A stretch of 64,000 nucleotides of DNA from an uncultured Desulfosarcina sp. (GTDB lineage: Bacteria > Desulfobacterota > Desulfobacteria > Desulfobacterales > Desulfosarcinaceae), in contig CAXXWQ010000004.1 of assembly GCA_963674945.2 (NCBI GenBank), positions 1,792,001 through 1,856,000 of the forward strand, read 5' to 3'. Below, piece by piece: positions 9,387 through 18,161 of this stretch (position 1 is its first letter; every line of letters begins with the position of its first letter). A model generated the notes under the pieces. The model was not told where the DNA came from. It made no database searches and was given only the letters and a program-made list of their open reading frames with translations. Both the position numbers and the translations under genes were made by a program.

Positions 9387-9650
9387 TCATGCCGCACAAG
9401 AAGACGGTTCATACAGTCGGGGACGCCGGCGTTTGCCCTTGAAATACCAGGCAAAGACCTTTTCCGGCGGTAGATTGATCTCCTTGGAGATGGCCCGCAT
9501 GAGCGGTTTTGACACCAGGCGGAAGTTGATCACATCGGAGATGGCCATCTGGGACTTTCCGTATTTTTCGGCCAGCTCCTTCTGAGTGATCCCCTTCTTT
9601 TTTAAAAGGTACTGGATGTCGATTGGGGTAATGGGTTCCGTGATGGTCAT
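9387..9650 (-). CDS. Ner-like HTH regulator
   Basis: ITPIDIQYLLKKKGITQKELAEKYGKSQMAISDVI; AGGAGG RBS. Confidence 0.8.
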   Translation of the reverse strand: MTITEPITPIDIQYLLKKKGITQKELAEKYGKSQMAISDVINFRLVSKPLMRAISKEINLPPEKVFAWYFKGKRRRPRLYEPSSCAA

Positions 9651-9747
9651 AACAACAGCCTCCTACTTAAGTTTAAAAACGAGACTCGATCTCGCTATCT
9701 TATTGATTTTGTATTGCTTTTTGATCGGAAAAGTATGCTTTGCTCCT

Positions 9748-9978
9748 TTATTTTTGTTCCAGGCGCCACAATGCGAAAAGACTCGTCGGTAGCGCCATCA
9801 GTTGATAAAGGTACTCGATGGTTGCACCGGTTAATTGGCCACCGCTAAAAGCGGCGCCATTGAAAATATAGGTAAAATCGATATGTGAAAGTGAGTGTAT
9901 AAACCAGGCGGCCACGCAGAGGCGAAGCAGGCTGATAAGGGTTCGCTTGGAGAAAACGGGTCGCTTTCGTTGTTTCAT
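9748..9978 (-). CDS. small membrane protein
   Basis: Two hydrophobic segments; homologue at 30125-30355. Confidence 0.6.
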   Translation of the reverse strand: MKQRKRPVFSKRTLISLLRLCVAAWFIHSLSHIDFTYIFNGAAFSGGQLTGATIEYLYQLMALPTSLFALWRLEQK

Positions 9979-9994
9979 AATAGGATCCCCCGCT

Positions 9995-10174
9995 TTATTT
10001 GGTCCTGATAGAAAAGGTCACGGTGGATCTGAACCGTGGGTGGGTGTCATCCATAATATTGAACAGGTACATGAGTCTGCCGACGGTGTGCCGTTCATCC
10101 CATACCCCAACGAACTCGAGGAACTGAGGGGCGACATTGTTGAGGCGGGCTGCGTTATTTAAAATGGTTTGCAT
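9995..10174 (-). CDS. first early gene, 59 aa hypothetical (not in ORF track)
   Basis: MQTILNNAARLNNVAPQFLEFVGVWDERH..., GAGG RBS; near-identical protein at 30372-30551 despite nucleotide changes. Confidence 0.65.
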   Translation of the reverse strand: MQTILNNAARLNNVAPQFLEFVGVWDERHTVGRLMYLFNIMDDTHPRFRSTVTFSIRTK

Positions 10175-10232
10175 GGTCGACCTCGTGTTTTCCCTTATGT
10201 AATTTCTAATTTTTAGTGTTTTATAGATAAGA

Positions 10233-10286
10233 CTTATAGTTGAGGAAACGAAACTTTGTCAAGAAAAAAGGTTGATATATCGAAAC
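10233..10286 (-). promoter_or_regulatory. early promoter with operator pair, copy 1
   Basis: TTGACA on minus strand (10257-10262) flanked by GTTGAGGAAACGAAAC (10239) and GTTGATATATCGAAAC (10271). Confidence 0.65.
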
Positions 10287-10837
10287 TTGATTTAGAAAAA
10301 ATCGGTGGGAGGGTCGCCTATGTTAGGCTTAAAAGCGGCCTAAGTATGAACGATTTTGGAAATATTGTTGGTTTGTCAAAAGGTAATATCAGTAGATTAG
10401 AAAATCACTCGTATGATCCATCGTATAAAAGCATAGTTGAGATATGTAAAAATTTTAAAGTTAATCCAAGCTGGCTACTATTAAATATAGGTGAGCCCGA
10501 TGATGAAACACATATTGAAATTGAACCAGTAACAACACCAAGTAATGAGACTGAATTCGAGCATATGGCGTTGGTTAAAACATTTAAAAACAAAGAGTTA
10601 GCGAAGGAGTTAAACATAATCCTCAAGGAAATAGAGGATCTGGATAGCGATCACCTCAGGGAGGTTAAAGGGATCTTGCGATCAGAGTTATCCATGCTGA
10701 GATTAACCAGCCAATCCTATACCGGGGAAGATCGTCGTAAAGTTCAGCGCAGGAAGGCCGATAATGGCGTTATACCAGGGGGGACAGAACGCCGCAGCGG
10801 GGAAGACCGCCGGAAGGCCTCGGGCGGCGATCATTAA
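10256..10837 (+). CDS. XRE-family prophage repressor with Arg-rich C-terminal tail
   Basis: IGGRVAYVRLKSGLSMNDFG..LSKGNISRLEN..VNPSWLL; divergent from early operon; no S24 peptidase domain seen; start uncertain. Confidence 0.85.
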   Translation: MSRKKVDISKLDLEKIGGRVAYVRLKSGLSMNDFGNIVGLSKGNISRLENHSYDPSYKSIVEICKNFKVNPSWLLLNIGEPDDETHIEIEPVTTPSNETEFEHMALVKTFKNKELAKELNIILKEIEDLDSDHLREVKGILRSELSMLRLTSQSYTGEDRRKVQRRKADNGVIPGGTERRSGEDRRKASGGDH

Positions 10838-11064
10838 CGGAATGTGACAGGAGCGGTCCCTGGCCATGTCCATATAAAGATGTGTGCGAACGCGGTAATA
10901 TGTTTTGTATCTGGAGTGAAAAATGTAATTGCCCTGAGCGCCTGGCGGCAAGTTGATTACACCGGAGGATTGTTTTGGAAAAGGAAGCCGGGATAAAGAA
11001 TTGACACCAATATATAAAGGGGACGATCAGATCCGCCGAAAGTTGATGCTGAGAAAGGAAATAC

Positions 11065-11604
11065 ATGCCTGTTGAAAAAGCCCGAGGCGACAGAGGGTCA
11101 ACCAAATATCCTGGTGAAAAAGAAAAGGCGATTGCATTCGTAAAAGCCGATCCGGATGCCAAAGGTAAAAAAATCAAAGATATTTTAGGATTGAAGGCCT
11201 CCGGCAACCTGATCAACACCTGGCTCCGCGATCACAAACGCAAACCCCAAAGCCAACAACCCCAACCTAAAACTGAAGAAAGAAACGATCCACCAAAAAA
11301 CAATAACGCCTTGGAGCAAAATCTGTTTTGCAGTTTTTGCGGGAAGAGCCAGTTTGAGGTGCATAAGCTAATTGCCGGCCCGGCAGTCTATATCTGCGAC
11401 GAATGCATCCAGCTTTGCTCGGAAATTATCGATGAGGCATCGGATGATGAATTTTTGGAAAAGCATAGAGCGGAGGATTTCATCCGGAACATTAGGTATA
11501 TCGAAAAAAATAGCATCATCGCATTCGAAAACACATGCGCCTATATAAAAGGTGTGGTGGATTGCCTGGATAGGTTTAAAAGCTCGAAACACCGAAAAAG
11601 ATGA
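11065..11604 (+). CDS. ClpX C4-type zinc-finger fusion protein
   Basis: [36 protein letters not shown]; no ATPase domain. Confidence 0.85.
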   Translation: MPVEKARGDRGSTKYPGEKEKAIAFVKADPDAKGKKIKDILGLKASGNLINTWLRDHKRKPQSQQPQPKTEERNDPPKNNNALEQNLFCSFCGKSQFEVHKLIAGPAVYICDECIQLCSEIIDEASDDEFLEKHRAEDFIRNIRYIEKNSIIAFENTCAYIKGVVDCLDRFKSSKHRKR

Positions 11605-11778
11605 AGCCAAAAAATAAAAAATAGCGTTTTGTTTGGCCGCGGCCAGATTTAAAAACCTGCAACACCACTTTTTGCTCCACCACTGCATTTTTCCACGCAG
11701 CGCTCCAGAACCACCAGATCCAGAACAACGTTTAACCAGGTAATTCGTTAATTATTCATTGGATAAGGAGGTTGGGGT

Positions 11779-12378
11779 ATGCCAAGGTTATCATTGACAG
11801 ATTTCATCGCAGTGGTTTCAAAAAGCGGCACTTCAAAGGCCAACGAAGTTCGAAAGATTAAAAACAGACCAAAGTATAATCCAGCCTTCGATTTCTACAA
11901 AAAGATTAGAGATGAAATAATCGATGTTCACAAAAACGAACGCACAAAAAAGGCATTAGATTCTTGCCTGAAAAACATCACCGATAAAAAGAAACAGACT
12001 CTATACCCTTCAATCATATCGGATTATAAAAAATGGTGGGGAAGGAAAAACATAACCTGGCTTGAACCACCTTCAGATCTTTTTTCCAGTAATGGAGTTG
12101 ATATTAACGTTAAACCGGATTTGGGATTGAATATTAATGATGCACCACATCTAATCAAACTGTATTTCAAAACGGATCCAATCTCCAAAAGGCAAATTGA
12201 CATCATTACTCATTTAATGACGATAACGCTCATAGGTAAATCCCCAAAAGGGACTACGATGGCCGTGCTCGACATCAGGAAAAACAAGCTCATTTCTCCA
12301 ACAGTTAAAATTAATGGCCTTTCTGAAATGATTCAAGCTGAGATGGCTTACATATCCGCATTATGGGACACATTGTAA
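11779..12378 (+). CDS. cargo hypothetical protein (possible PD-(D/E)XK-like fold)
   Basis: AAGGAGG RBS; INVKPDLGL...LIKLYFK. Confidence 0.7.
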   Translation: MPRLSLTDFIAVVSKSGTSKANEVRKIKNRPKYNPAFDFYKKIRDEIIDVHKNERTKKALDSCLKNITDKKKQTLYPSIISDYKKWWGRKNITWLEPPSDLFSSNGVDINVKPDLGLNINDAPHLIKLYFKTDPISKRQIDIITHLMTITLIGKSPKGTTMAVLDIRKNKLISPTVKINGLSEMIQAEMAYISALWDTL

Positions 12379-12425
12379 TAATAGAAATTTTTTACTTTTT
12401 ACCATTATTTCATATAGGGTGAACT

Positions 12426-12674
12426 ATGGCTTTATTCTTCCTTAGCTATGACCTCAGAAATAACCGTGATTATCAGTCGCTATACGATGAACTGAACAAT
12501 TTTAATGCTGTGCGAATACTCGAATCGATGTGGTGTTTTAACAGAGTTAATACAAATGCTAAAAATTTACGTGATTATTTTAAAAATTACATCGATTCGG
12601 ACGACGGTATAGCTGTTTCCGAAGTCAATGACTGGGCAACCTATAAGGCACTGAAAACACCAAATGATCTGTAG
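12426..12674 (+). CDS. Cas2/VapD-like small protein
   Basis: FFLSYDL...DYQSLYDEL...RILESMW pattern. Confidence 0.65.
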   Translation: MALFFLSYDLRNNRDYQSLYDELNNFNAVRILESMWCFNRVNTNAKNLRDYFKNYIDSDDGIAVSEVNDWATYKALKTPNDL

Positions 12675-12801
12675 AACTTGTTATGAAAAACCAGAAGGAG
12701 GAATACAATTTGTTCAGTACGTCCGCTGAGCCAACCGCGTGTAACTACGATGAATGCGTTTGTCTCTGAGCCATATCATTCATAAGTAAGGGGGTTTTCA
12801 A

Positions 12802-13095
12802 ATGAAACCGCTGTCAATTGAAATCATACCAGCACAACCGGGATTTTTAACTGTTTGGGATTTTAAAGACCGAAAAGAGATTGCCACTGGAGAGCCGGTC
12901 ATTGCTTGGCGAATTGAAACATATAGTAAAAAGGATGCCGATGAGGTGTTCTCTTCATGTTCTGCCCTTACCGCCGACGGTGAGCTTGCGGTTAACTGTA
13001 TTGGCGTCCAGAACCCTGATATGACGATAACAGTATTCGATGAAGGATTATTTAGTTCAGTAGAGGAACTTCAGACAGCACGTTACGAAAAATAG
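12802..13095 (+). CDS. cargo hypothetical protein
   Basis: 97 aa, IIPAQPGF...EPVIAWRI; purine-rich RBS. Confidence 0.65.
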   Translation: MKPLSIEIIPAQPGFLTVWDFKDRKEIATGEPVIAWRIETYSKKDADEVFSSCSALTADGELAVNCIGVQNPDMTITVFDEGLFSSVEELQTARYEK

Positions 13096-13248
13096 CTATT
13101 CTTTGAAAATAAAAACTGTTCGTGTAATATCCTTGAAATAATACATTTGTTACTGCCGGCCCTGCGAAAATTTACCGGCCACGTTCACCACACCCCATCG
13201 GACTTTTTGGCTATCATTAACTCTCAGAATATTCGTGCAGGAGGGATC

Positions 13249-14370
13249 GTGAGTGAGATTGTAATCAACAAAGTTGTGGTCCATGAGCTTGTAAAAGATC
13301 AATACAAATCAATAAAAAACTCTTTCATAAGTAAAAAGCCGCTGAATGTTACCCTTAATCCCGTCAAGTTGTTAGTCGATGGGATAGTGTCATTATACGG
13401 AAAAAAGAATAACACTGCTCATTATGGTATTTTCGGGAACAATAAAAAAGGAAAATATCCAGATGCTTTTAACACTTACTATAATTTGAAATCCCATGAT
13501 GATTCAAATTTTATGAGACTATCTAAAATAGGGATTGATGAATTATACCAAGCCGCCAAACACATTCCCGCAGCGTCTGGTGGGTACATTCTGTTCTCAG
13601 ACTATTCTAACAATCATGGGAGATACATGTTAATCGCCATGATAAAACCAAAAGAAGGGCTCACACTTAGCCAAGAAAACGAAGAACTTGTCCCCGAGGA
13701 GCTTTCTCAAATAGATTTAAGTCGCTTATATCAAGCAGCGCGAATCAGCTTTGGAAAATATGCAGCATATAAAGTGGCAAAGGAAGAGGAAAGGCAGGAA
13801 CTAAATTACCTTAGTTTTGTTTCTCCAAGCTCCAGTAAATCAGCGGCCGGCTATTTCGTTACTGCATTAGGGTGTGTTCCTGGAACAGCTGCGGCGCAAG
13901 CCACTAAAAATGTTGTCAATGAAAGCGTAAACTATTTCCGAAACCGTAAGGACTTAGAACCATATTGGTATCAATTCAAAGGCGATTTGATAAACTACCT
14001 TTGGAAAAAAGAGGAAAAAGGGGAATCCGTAAAGCTCTCAGAAATAGAACGTTTGGCCCGACAATTTATTCCCGCCGAGGATCAGGACCAGGCAGACGAA
14101 ACCGCAAAAGATTTCATTTCACACCTGAACAGTGAAGATGTTGCAGTTCCAGTCGAATTTCCAGTGAACAAGCCAGCACTGAAAAAACTACGTCAAATAC
14201 GCTATACTACTGGCAATTGGGATTTATCTTTTGAGAAAACCGCCCTAGGGGATACGGACAATGCCGAGGTATTTTATGACAGAGACCAACAACGTCTTGT
14301 ATTAAGCGCCTTACCTGATAAAATGATATCACTCATTGAAAAGGAACTCTCCGACCGTAAGAAAGAATAA
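13249..14370 (+). CDS. NdpA/YejK-like nucleoid-associated family protein
   Basis: GTG start after GGAGGG; VVVHELVK, ASGGYILF, IDLSRLYQAARI, YLSF..AGYFVTALGC. Confidence 0.8.
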   Translation: MSEIVINKVVVHELVKDQYKSIKNSFISKKPLNVTLNPVKLLVDGIVSLYGKKNNTAHYGIFGNNKKGKYPDAFNTYYNLKSHDDSNFMRLSKIGIDELYQAAKHIPAASGGYILFSDYSNNHGRYMLIAMIKPKEGLTLSQENEELVPEELSQIDLSRLYQAARISFGKYAAYKVAKEEERQELNYLSFVSPSSSKSAAGYFVTALGCVPGTAAAQATKNVVNESVNYFRNRKDLEPYWYQFKGDLINYLWKKEEKGESVKLSEIERLARQFIPAEDQDQADETAKDFISHLNSEDVAVPVEFPVNKPALKKLRQIRYTTGNWDLSFEKTALGDTDNAEVFYDRDQQRLVLSALPDKMISLIEKELSDRKKE

Positions 14371-14378
14371 AAATAATT

Positions 14379-15635
14379 ATGGGCCTTTCACCATACGTAC
14401 ATCTATACAGGGCTAGTGGTAGACCAGACGTACAAAGTGGTGTATTCAACGGACGCCTTGATTTTAACGATGAAAATGTAAAATTAGTTGAAGACCTTAT
14501 AAAAGGATCTTGGCAGGCTTTTCGAGGAATATGGATTGATGGGAAGGTCGTTGATGAAGATGACCCCTTTCCCAATGATGGAAGCGAAATTAGATTTGAA
14601 GTACAGTGCCCTGGAGGTTCTGCCGACAGATTCCACAATAAAATCTCTGATTTTATTCGAGATACACCCGGACTTTCCAAAGGGGAGATGCCGAATGATT
14701 TTTATATCGTCGATGATGATTTTTATAGCAAAGAAGACCCCCATCCAAAAAAGATTGTAACACTCGCAGCAATTTGCCTTTTAATTCAAAGATTATCCCA
14801 GTTAGCTCATTATCATGCCGCAATAAAATCGATCGATCATGAAAAACTGATATTTTTACAGCCGAACGAAACAGAGTCGGCCACACCCATTGAGCTTATC
14901 ACTAAAGTTGATGAATCCATGCTCGATTGCGAGCCACCGGATGCTTGCTTAATCAACGAATTATGTTCCAAGGAAATAAAAACGAGTCTTCATTTTGTGG
15001 CTAAAAAAGGGGTTTTTGGAGTTACCCTTGCCGAATTCATGGCTAAGTCACATTCAAATCAAGGCGATTTTTCATATTTAGTAAGGAACTGGCGCAATTT
15101 TATTAATTTATATCAAAAAAATTTAGAAACATACCTAAGCGGTTTCGCTTTTCACAAAGCAACAAGGGAAGTGTCTGAAGCCGAGCTTCAAATTGCCGAG
15201 AAGTTTTCTAAGATAACAAGCGAAATCACAGGAAAATTATTAAGTATACCAGTTTCATTTGCAGTTATAATCGCTGTTTTTAGAGCTGAATCCTTAGTGG
15301 AAGGTCTTTTGCTCGTCGGCAGCCTCCTATTAGCCGCCTTCATTATTTCTGGTTCTGTTCGAAACCAACAAAAGCAGCTCGAACGAATTTCCCACGGGAA
15401 GGAATTGCTGTTTAACTCATTTGAAGGAAGAAAGGAAAGTTATCCAAAGGAACTAAAAAGGGCGATTGAGAAGATGGTGAATAGAGCCCAAAAGGACGAA
15501 AGTGACCTTAGACGCATACTTGAGGCTTTCCAGGCAATTGCATGGGTTCCTTTTGTTGTAGCTTTCATAATAATGCTCTATAAATATCATTTAAATGATG
15601 CTTTCAAACAGATGGTTTCTTATTTTATGCAGTAG
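14379..15635 (+). CDS. hypothetical protein with C-terminal transmembrane segments
   Basis: 418 aa, 8 bp after upstream gene; about three hydrophobic helices in the last 135 aa. Confidence 0.8.
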   Translation: MGLSPYVHLYRASGRPDVQSGVFNGRLDFNDENVKLVEDLIKGSWQAFRGIWIDGKVVDEDDPFPNDGSEIRFEVQCPGGSADRFHNKISDFIRDTPGLSKGEMPNDFYIVDDDFYSKEDPHPKKIVTLAAICLLIQRLSQLAHYHAAIKSIDHEKLIFLQPNETESATPIELITKVDESMLDCEPPDACLINELCSKEIKTSLHFVAKKGVFGVTLAEFMAKSHSNQGDFSYLVRNWRNFINLYQKNLETYLSGFAFHKATREVSEAELQIAEKFSKITSEITGKLLSIPVSFAVIIAVFRAESLVEGLLLVGSLLLAAFIISGSVRNQQKQLERISHGKELLFNSFEGRKESYPKELKRAIEKMVNRAQKDESDLRRILEAFQAIAWVPFVVAFIIMLYKYHLNDAFKQMVSYFMQ

Positions 15636-15789
15636 GAGGGGATGACACCGGAGCCAAGCATGGTTATCCGTGTCTGCCATGTTGCCTTGTGCTAAAAGTG
15701 GCGACAAGAAATTGATTGATAAATGTCACAAGAAATTACACAGTGGTGCAATTCGAACTTTTTTCATACAAATTCCGTAACTGGCCAGC

Positions 15790-15900
15790 AACGTCAAACT
15801 AACTTTGAAACCAACCCAAAATTTCCCCCCGTAAACCAAATGTAAAGTACCGTCGTAAAGAGTTATGTCAATTTCAGGCACTTAGTTATGTCACCCCCCT
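15790..15900. repeat. repressor-side terminus of copy 1 (transposase binding boxes)
   Basis: TTATGTCAATTTCAGGCACTTAGTTATGTCACCCCCC matches 39183-39219 with one mismatch. Confidence 0.85.
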
Positions 15901-15906
15901 TCAGGA
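15901..15906. repeat. target-site duplication TCAGGA (left copy)
   Basis: TCAGGA(A) here and at 39221; lies between two element ends. Confidence 0.75.
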
Positions 15907-15970
15907 AGCGCGATGACAAAACTCAGCCCTAAAAATTGACATAAGTCCTTCCCAAATATGTTTGACATGG
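15907..15970. repeat. late-side terminus of copy 2
   Basis: TGACAAAACTCAGCCCTAAAAATTGACATAAGT (15914-15946) is an imperfect inverted match to 39181-39213; TGACA at 15914, 15937, 15963. Confidence 0.8.
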
Positions 15971-16104
15971 TCAAACTATATTTGATTTGGGCCTTCTAAG
16001 TAGGCAACGCAATCCCTGTAGCTGTGTTGCTAAAAAAAAGAGTGGGTAAAATAAACACAGCACCCCCTGATACATCTAAAATACTCTGATATTATTTGAT
16101 TACG

Positions 16105-17112
16105 CTAAAATTTGATCATTACTTTCAATGATTCACTTGAGTTTGCTGCTTGAATGATTGCTTTTTGTAAATCAGCCTGACAGAATTCATGGGAAATTAA
16201 ACCTTCAAGTTCGTTATTGTATTTTTTTAATATTTCGAAAATCAACGGAAGGTCGACATGTTCATATCCAGCGCTACCCTGAATCCGATGCTGACTATAT
16301 GTGATTCTCTTTAAGTCAATCGGTCTTTGTTCGCCATGCACACCGACTACAACCAGCACAGCCCCAAATTTTGCGACATCCTGGAATGTTGCCAGAACGG
16401 GTTTTGCGCCTGTAGCTTCAATCCAGATATCAGCGTCAAATGAATCCTTTCCTGCCATCGTGTTTGGCCCAAATACATGTTTGCCTTTTTCACGGAGATC
16501 TTCGGTTCCTGCATTACAACCAGCAAATCCAAATTCTTTAGCGATCTTAAGCCTTTTATCGGAAAGGTCACAAACCATGACTTTTTTACAACCCATCGCC
16601 CTTGAGGCAAAAGCTGCGGTTATCCCAATCATGCCTGCCCCGAATACGACTACGCCTTTTTTATCGTTTGGTTCTCCCAGCCTTGCCGCCTTCGTCCCAA
16701 TCTGAAATGGTTCGATCAAAGCTGCTACCCTATCGCTTATTCCTTCGGGAACTGGAATGATTCCGTATCCTGCTTTTGCATCCGGCAGATGCATATATTC
16801 GGAATAACCGGAAAGGCCTCCCTTATCCCTGGGTTTTGCATATACACCAAAAGCATATACGCGCTGGCCAACTGTCAAATCCTTAACTTCAGAACCAACT
16901 TCCGTGATCACGCTAATCATCTCATGTCCAAATTCATGGCCTGGTTTGTAATGATGCGCTGCCGGTCCATTCATAAATATGTCGACTTCTCCGCCGCAGA
17001 TTCCAGTATAAAGATTCTTCACAATTATATCAGTAGGACCGCATGGAGGTAATTCGCGTTCTTCAAGATAAACGCTTCCTTTCCCTCCATAAATACCAGC
17101 TTTGTATTTCAT
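16105..17112 (-). CDS. Zn-dependent (MDR family) alcohol dehydrogenase
   Basis: GICGGE, FGHEM, VFGAGMIG; lacks the four-Cys structural zinc lobe. Confidence 0.9.
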   Translation of the reverse strand: MKYKAGIYGGKGSVYLEERELPPCGPTDIIVKNLYTGICGGEVDIFMNGPAAHHYKPGHEFGHEMISVITEVGSEVKDLTVGQRVYAFGVYAKPRDKGGLSGYSEYMHLPDAKAGYGIIPVPEGISDRVAALIEPFQIGTKAARLGEPNDKKGVVVFGAGMIGITAAFASRAMGCKKVMVCDLSDKRLKIAKEFGFAGCNAGTEDLREKGKHVFGPNTMAGKDSFDADIWIEATGAKPVLATFQDVAKFGAVLVVVGVHGEQRPIDLKRITYSQHRIQGSAGYEHVDLPLIFEILKKYNNELEGLISHEFCQADLQKAIIQAANSSESLKVMIKF

Positions 17113-17153
17113 AACTGAAACAGCCTTTCTTAATCTGCGAATACTAGTACGCT

Positions 17154-18101
17154 TTAGTCCAGGTCTAAAAGTTTGCTGGCGTTCGTGCTGCTCATGCCCC
17201 TTACTTCTTGCTCGGAAAAACCACGCGCCAACAGTTTTGTAATCATCAAACGCACACTTTCCACCGGAGCTGGGGTCGTCAACTGGCCGGTATCAGTTCC
17301 GATGCAACATCTTTCCGGTCCCACAGCGCGTACTTGCATGGCAAATTCATCAATATTGTCTTCCATTTCCCGATATGAATGCTCTAACAATACACCCATG
17401 TCAGCAAATTGTTTCTGCTCATCCAAAGAAAATGGCGGGTAGAAATGCGGATGGGGACCAAAACGAACGTGAGCAGCTAAAAGCTTGCTTATACCCAGCC
17501 GTTTCGCTTCCTTGAACATAGCCAGACTTTCCGTGAAAGACATGTGACCGTTAACAACCACCATATTAAACTGCTTAGCAATTTCCAATATCTCCGTTAC
17601 CACAGGCAGGATGTTGCCTGAAGAGTCCAGCACAGATAAACCGCCGGACCGTCCGCTGAAGGCATTGAGATTGGGCGAGTCAAGTGTCGGGAACCAGATG
17701 ACTTTAGCCCCATATTCAACAGCCTGTTTGATCGTATGAACATTAAAACCGCCGGTGCTCACTGTGTCAATGCAGAGGCCGCCGACAACAGTAAAGTCGG
17801 GGATCAATCTATTGACAAGCGCTGCCAAAGGCGCCGTACAATAATGGTGATTCTTCATCACGAAGGCGCGCATCCCCGCTGCCTTGGCTTGGAGTGCTGC
17901 TTCATGAACGTCGAACAGAGGAACGGCGTCGAGCGTAGGTCCGGGATGTACATGAGTGTCAATTGCTCCATTCATCAGGGAAGTGATCAAATCCCTTGAT
18001 TCAACTGTGGCCAGCTTTCCAAACTCATAGTACAGTTTGAGCCTGGCCTCTTTATGGCCAGGTACTTTCACGTTCGTCGTCGCCTTTTCCTCTTTTTTCA
18101 T
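17154..18101 (-). CDS. amidohydrolase-superfamily protein (DUF6282-like)
   Basis: AIDTHVHPGP, VMKNH, NGHMS, IGTDTGQ; start uncertain. Confidence 0.8.
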   Translation of the reverse strand: MKKEEKATTNVKVPGHKEARLKLYYEFGKLATVESRDLITSLMNGAIDTHVHPGPTLDAVPLFDVHEAALQAKAAGMRAFVMKNHHYCTAPLAALVNRLIPDFTVVGGLCIDTVSTGGFNVHTIKQAVEYGAKVIWFPTLDSPNLNAFSGRSGGLSVLDSSGNILPVVTEILEIAKQFNMVVVNGHMSFTESLAMFKEAKRLGISKLLAAHVRFGPHPHFYPPFSLDEQKQFADMGVLLEHSYREMEDNIDEFAMQVRAVGPERCCIGTDTGQLTTPAPVESVRLMITKLLARGFSEQEVRGMSSTNASKLLDLD

Positions 18102-18161
18102 TTTATTTTCCTTCTGATTTTTATTTTCAGACATTCGTCTATTTGTTATTTCCTTCAAATC

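Larger units (their letters stand above)
1..15900. mobile_element. Mu/B3-like transposable prophage, copy 1 (continues beyond left edge)
   Basis: DDE transposase, AAA ATPase, Ner-like HTH, GemA-like, Mor, divergent repressor; end with repeated TGTCA boxes at 15866 and 15889. Confidence 0.9.

Noticed and set aside
9947..10162. Plus-strand 71 aa ORF (also 30195-30539)
   Set aside because: Antisense shadow of the 59 aa minus-strand gene, whose protein is better conserved between copies and has an RBS.
11065..11604. Host clpX gene or pseudogene
   Set aside because: Zinc finger is internal, no AAA domain follows, and the ORF is intact in both prophages.
12426..12674. CRISPR-Cas locus or CRISPR-associated transposon
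   Set aside because: Only a Cas2-like fold; no cas1, effector genes or repeat-spacer array seen in the window.
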